A DNA stretch of 64,000 nt from Macrostomum lignano (taxonomy: Eukaryota), in NCBI GenBank assembly GCA_002269645.1, contig NIVC01003192.1, forward strand, positions 1 to 64,000, written 5' to 3'. The translations under genes were made by a program, and so were the position numbers. A model generated the notes under the pieces. The model ran no database searches. It saw nothing but the letters and a program-made list of their open reading frames with translations, and was not told where the DNA came from. Each line of letters opens with the position of its first letter. Positions within the stretch are counted from its first letter, which is position 1. Positions 58,761 through 64,000 of this stretch are shown in pieces.

Positions 58761-61470
58761 GCGGCCAACTCTGCTTCACTTGAGGATGCTGGCAGCAACT
58801 GCTACCGCACACTATCTGTAGAAGCTGGATGGAATGAAAGGAGAGTTAAAATAATAGGAAAAGGGGTAGTCTTAGCATTTCTGCAGAGTTTAACTACTAT
58901 AGCATCAAAACCTTGTCGTGCTGAATCCTTTCAAAATCCCAATAATCTGCGCATCCCTCTAAAATAAAAAATGCACACAGAACGCATGATTTACGCCAGA
59001 TTTTTTCCTGGGAATTAAAAAATAGGGGTTGTAAATTTTAAACTTTTCAAAACTTTTGCACCTTTAATTCCATACAATTTTTGCCTCAAATGAGCCTCCA
59101 TGAAAGTTTACATTCCAGCATCATTTCAGCATGAAAAATGTTCTTTCTGACAGCTCATTTATATGTAGACTCGTGTACTCGAAAATTTCCTACATTAGCT
59201 ATATTTAGCTTTAGAAAAACTGCGTTAAATAAAGCCTTGAGTTAGTAAAATTTTCCATATTTGAGCATAGATGTCAATTTTTTATTAGAGGTACTTTGGA
59301 CCAACACGCGAAGAGCTGTGAGCTTTTGTGTTGAAGTCTTGCAAAATCCGCGTATAAAAGAAGCTGTGGCCTCCATTACATGCTATATAACGGTTTATAG
59401 TGAGCGGTGAAAAACAGGTAATGATCTAAACAAAAAATAACTATATGCAGTTGCGCAACTTGATTTAAATTTCCTAAAATAGAAGCTAGGCAAACATACC
59501 AGGTAAGTGGGCCAGTCATATTTACAAAGATCAAACAAAGTAAAAAGAAGACTGCCGCGACCCCAGGCTTTTACGGGCCTATAATTGTAGTAGTGTACAC
59601 ACAAAAATATTATCTAAGTATATTAGATAATTATTCGTAATATAACATGTTAAGCTAGCAGTTACATCACGTTATCTATGCAGCATTTTACAAGCTTGGA
59701 CTATTAATAAAGTATACGACCGTATAGACCGAAACGGCTAGCAAACGTAGCAATCAGTCCCGCGTGTGCTACATGCTTAGCCAACACCTCTTCAAAATGA
59801 TACGTCCTATAGCCTCCCCGAGTCTTGCACAGGCGTGACGAAAACACTGATTTTGAGGATGTTTCACACGTCGTCAGGTCAAATTAAACTGATCGAATGA
59901 GACAAGGTGCGTGACCAGAATGTATTTGCAGATATCGCCTCATATAGCTGCATGCTAGTCGCGTTCTTGAGAGGCAAAACTCAAAATGCTCGGTTATTCT
60001 CTTTGCCATGTGGGCAAGGTCTCTGCATGTTGGCCTAATTATCAAGCAAAAAGACAGCTCGGGGTGTAGTGACTTGAAATTCCAGGCCGAAGACTTCGGC
60101 AGCCACCCAGTCCATTAATAGCTCATAATTGTTAGTCCGCAGCAGGGATAAAGAGAGAGGGAGTTAAAGAGAACCCCGTTCCAGAAAGTAGCGATCTTGC
60201 ATCATTAATTCAATTCTTCGTGCTAAGCTAACGCAGCAGAGAATACGAACTGACTGATGAGGAAGATGAAAAGAAAAAAGAAAAAAGGCTGCAAAAGGTT
60301 GGGGTGGAGAACTTGTGGGATTAGTTACTCGTATAAAGGCCGATTCACACTGCCATCAAATTAAAGGAATGAAATTTGGTGTAAAAGTCGTGTGATCACA
60401 CGATGGCGATGTGAACGAATCTTAAAGCTTCATCATTAGCTGCAGTGTGGAACTACAGGCGCGCATTAGTTTTATATAAGCTACTACGAGCGTATTAATC
60501 ACTATCTATGCAGGCTCGCACTTTGATCAATCATGCGAGGGTTTCTTCGTGCTTCAGTTTCAGCATGCAGGTAACAATTAACTAGGATTAGAGTCAGCTG
60601 AGCACAGCTACTCAGTGCAGTAATGACGAGTCTGCAAAAGAATGAGAAGTGTCGTGCGTCACAGCAGAACCAGTTTAGTCAGATGAAATTGCAATAAAAG
60701 TATGAAGGTTTCTCTGACGGGTTTCGTTCAGCATCCCTCTACTGAACTGAAATACTGAATCGTCTAGCTCAATGTACATGTATCAATTATTTCAGAAAAA
60801 CAATAGCAACACCGTTTTGATTTGCAATGACGCCGCAAATATTCGCAAATGTCGGGACCAGACCGCCGAGGTGAATGAACTGCCACCAAAGGCCAAGTGT
60901 CAGACAACAGACTAAAATTCTAGAGCTACCAGAAAATGATCTAACAGGAAGTACGCGACCTCCGGAAACAGATCAAACTGAATCACGAAAGAGTCGATTA
61001 TAGTGGAAGCTTGTGAAAATATACACCTTTTTGCGGCCAAATTTGGTTATTTCTTTATTTAAATTGGTGCGTGGTCATCAACAGTGACGTGGAAGCGTGG
61101 TAGAGATTTTACAAAGACAAAACAAATATAACAACTAATAGCTCATGTTATAGAAAGCCATAAACAGCAGAAATCGATTTCTTAGAAAATCATTCTGGCG
61201 GACAGAGGACAGTGAATGCATGTGTGACTGGTGGCTTAGAGTTTGATGTTCGTGAAATAAATCAAATTGATAGCGAAAAAACCAAATTGCCTGGTGATTT
61301 CCGTTTTAGTCTTTAGTGATTATTACTTCTGCTGGACTCATTGTAACGCAACAAATTGGGACGCAGTAAGAACCAAATAGGAAGTAAAAAGGTATGGTTA
61401 AAGTTAAATTCAGCTATTTGCAACAGATAAAATCAGTATGGGAACTTTCAGAGCTTTGGCGTCAATCGCC

Positions 61471-62678
61471 CTATTTGATACTGTGAGATAAAACTTCAAG
61501 CTGCATGTGCGGGTCCAAGTAGACTTCCCGCAACTGCCTGGACAGTGTGTTGTGCTCACACATCCACTCGCCAGAGCTGCGCCTGTACAGAAGCCGATTG
61601 TTGGCCAGGTCGCGGAAACGATAAAATGCAAAGGCCTGAAAGCAGCTGTCAACTTTCACTGGTGGCAGGTCAGCCGGTCCACGCATTATCGACGCGTAAT
61701 AGTCAACAGCTGGATAGCGGCTATCCTCGCCGAAATGCTTGTTGAGAAAGAAAGTCAAAGTGCAAGGGTCGAATAGGCGATGTTCGGGAACTTCGATGGT
61801 GTTGGCGCACAACTGTTGCAGCAGCGGCCGAGTCTTGAAATAGTAAAGACCCTGGCTAGCCGGTCGAGACTCCAGCGAGTCCAGGTGACATCCGGGTCAA
61901 TCACAAGCAGCAAGTCAGCCCAGCCAGCAAAGTGCCTGTACGCGTACTCCAGGTAGATATTCCTGAGCGCGGACATGACCAGGCCGCGGTCGATCTCCTC
62001 AGCTACGCTTCGATTCATGCTGGCCGAACCAGGCAGGTGAGCCCGGCCGCTGGAGTAGCGAATATCGAGCCGGCAGGGCTGACTGGCCTCGCTAGAGCAG
62101 CCCAGAAGCCGAAGGCCAAGGTCGCGCTGCGCCTCTCCGACAAGAAAGGCGCGGGTTCCGTCGACCGAGTCATTCTCGACAACCAAAAGCCTAGAGTCGT
62201 TGAATAGTCGTCGAAGACGGCGCAGATTGCCCAGACTTGACGGTAGGCCTTGAACGCCGTCTCGAATAGTGGCTGCCACCAGCAGACGTTGGCTGGCTAG
62301 CCAATCACGAGCGATACGCGAGCGCCATTTGGGCTGCCTCTCAGACTCAGTTTTAAGCTTCATCAGCGGTAGCAGCTGACCAGGTCTGTCAAATTTGTAC
62401 AGCGATTGTTCTACAGACAGCTTGACCTCAGCCAGCATATCTGAGAAGGTTGGCTCTGACAGCGCAGCGCTGGATAAAGAATTCGACACCTGCGATGCTT
62501 TTATCTTTAATGAGCTGTCGCCAGAGCCAATTTGCAGCCAGGTCTGCGCTTGCCGGAGCATCATCAGGGTGAGCAAGCAGCTGACTGTAAAGGACGCCAG
62601 AAGCTGCCGAGCAGCTAGCCTGTGCCACCATAGTCGACGACAGTGTGCGTACACACGGAGCGGGTGAACTCGGAGCAT
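61471..62678 (-). CDS. Intronless type II membrane glycosyltransferase, GT-A fold, CAP59/GT69-like; interrupted by a 1-bp frameshift near 61855
   Basis: Two overlapping ORFs (61755..62729 and 61471..61812) join into about 402 aa if one C is restored (GCC AGG GTC to GCC CAG GGT C). N-terminal TM (LLASFTVSCLLTLMML); motifs VENDSVDGT, SALRNIYL, DPD, CAN...FD, VDSCFQAFAFY, CEH. Confidence 0.72.
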
Positions 62679-64000
62679 TTTTAGCCAATTATATTGGCGA
62701 AATTGGGGTGTATTGATGAAATCAAGCAAATAAGAAAAACTATGAGTCTCTGGGCAGAAAAATTGCTATTGCTTCTACGGTTACTGAATTCCAAATCGCA
62801 TCACCTCTAGTATTTATTCGTCAGGATTTCCATCTTTACTCTCAACCCCATCCTTCCCCATCATCACCGCACTTGGCTTAATGCATGAATGCGTACAATT
62901 ACAGCAGGTAGAACCGTCCTATGCGTTCACCAAAATCATTCTGCGAATCCACGGCAATGAATAGGGAAGAGATTCTCACGCGCGACACACTCCCCACACC
63001 CTATATATATATATATAATTTAGCCAGCTACTAGTGAGAGTTACAGAGAAACTTGAGGTCGATTAACGCTGCTCCAAAATCGACAACAGCAAAAAGTTTT
63101 TTGACCATTCATTTGTTCAATAAATTAAGCTAGTGTACATAAGAACGCACTCATTTTATGGAAGTATAAAAAGGACATTTTGGTACTGTACCCAAAACCC
63201 GTTGGTTTTAAATCGACAAAAAGGACCCGTTGACCGTAGGGCAAGAAAAATAAAGAGAAAGATAAGTATTGTTTACTTATTTAATGTACTGACCAGCGGG
63301 CTGCTCAAGGATGCGTTATAATTGTTCAAATCCATAGGTAGAACGCTGCCATACGTACAGAAGCACGCACAAGCCTCTCTGCAAAAATTTAGCACATATA
63401 ACTCGAATAAGAGCAATCATTAGGATTAGGAATATATATATACGATTTTTGCGTCCTTGACTCCTTAACAACATGTTACATGTTCAAATCATATTTTGCG
63501 AAAGTAGAAAAAGTACATAAAGATGGTTTTTATTATCATAACAAGCTAGTCGATAAATCAGCAGGTCTACATAAAATAGCAAGGAACAGCAACAAAAATA
63601 GTGCAGAATGAATGTCTGAAAAAGAAAACTCAGCTGCAGTCGGCATGCAAATTGTTGAACAAAAGGCAGAGTATCGAACGAAAAATCAGAATCGAATGAA
63701 AACTTGTTTTTTTCGCAATATTGAATGAAACCAATTTTTTTAATAGATAGATAAAAGCCTTGTGTACTAACCCAGAGCGAACAGGAGTACTCAGAAGTTC
63801 GTGCACAGTGCCCTTAAGCTAGCTATTGAGATGTGATAAGAAGGCAAAGTAAAAATTTCCGTTTGCAACATAAACTGAATAATTTTGAGCGAAGTTACTC
63901 CAGAGAATAAAAAAACTGCTTATGAAGCTTTCTGTATCGAAAAATAAATACAAACAGTGCAAGATACGGGCATGAGCTCAGCAGAGAGAAGCATACCATG

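Overview
Eukaryotic (animal) genomic DNA, not prokaryotic. The base composition, spliceosomal GT-AG introns, poly-Ala/Gln/His exons and dense micro/minisatellites suggest an invertebrate, plausibly a free-living flatworm such as Macrostomum (inference only). Four protein-coding genes were reconstructed by hand: (1) a complete 12-exon Meis/homothorax TALE homeobox gene on the minus strand (28937->10431, 633 aa); (2) a 7-exon, strongly diverged ROR/HR3 (NR1F)-like nuclear receptor on the plus strand (40895->48462) whose second zinc finger lacks a canonical Cys; (3) a small secreted neuropeptide-precursor-like gene on the minus strand (55037->52631; exon 2 tentative); (4) an intronless CAP59/GT-A-like glycosyltransferase on the minus strand (62678->61471) with a 1-bp frameshift. 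Mobile DNA includes a 5'-truncated non-LTR retrotransposon with a 13-bp TSD, an 800-bp non-autonomous hAT-like element (8-bp TSD) that carries a minisatellite, and a 61-bp-arm hairpin. More than 30 tandem arrays account for most ORFs in the supplied track. A CpG-free AT-rich block of about 2.3 kb lies just upstream of the nuclear receptor. All coordinates and counts were read by eye; no database search was run.
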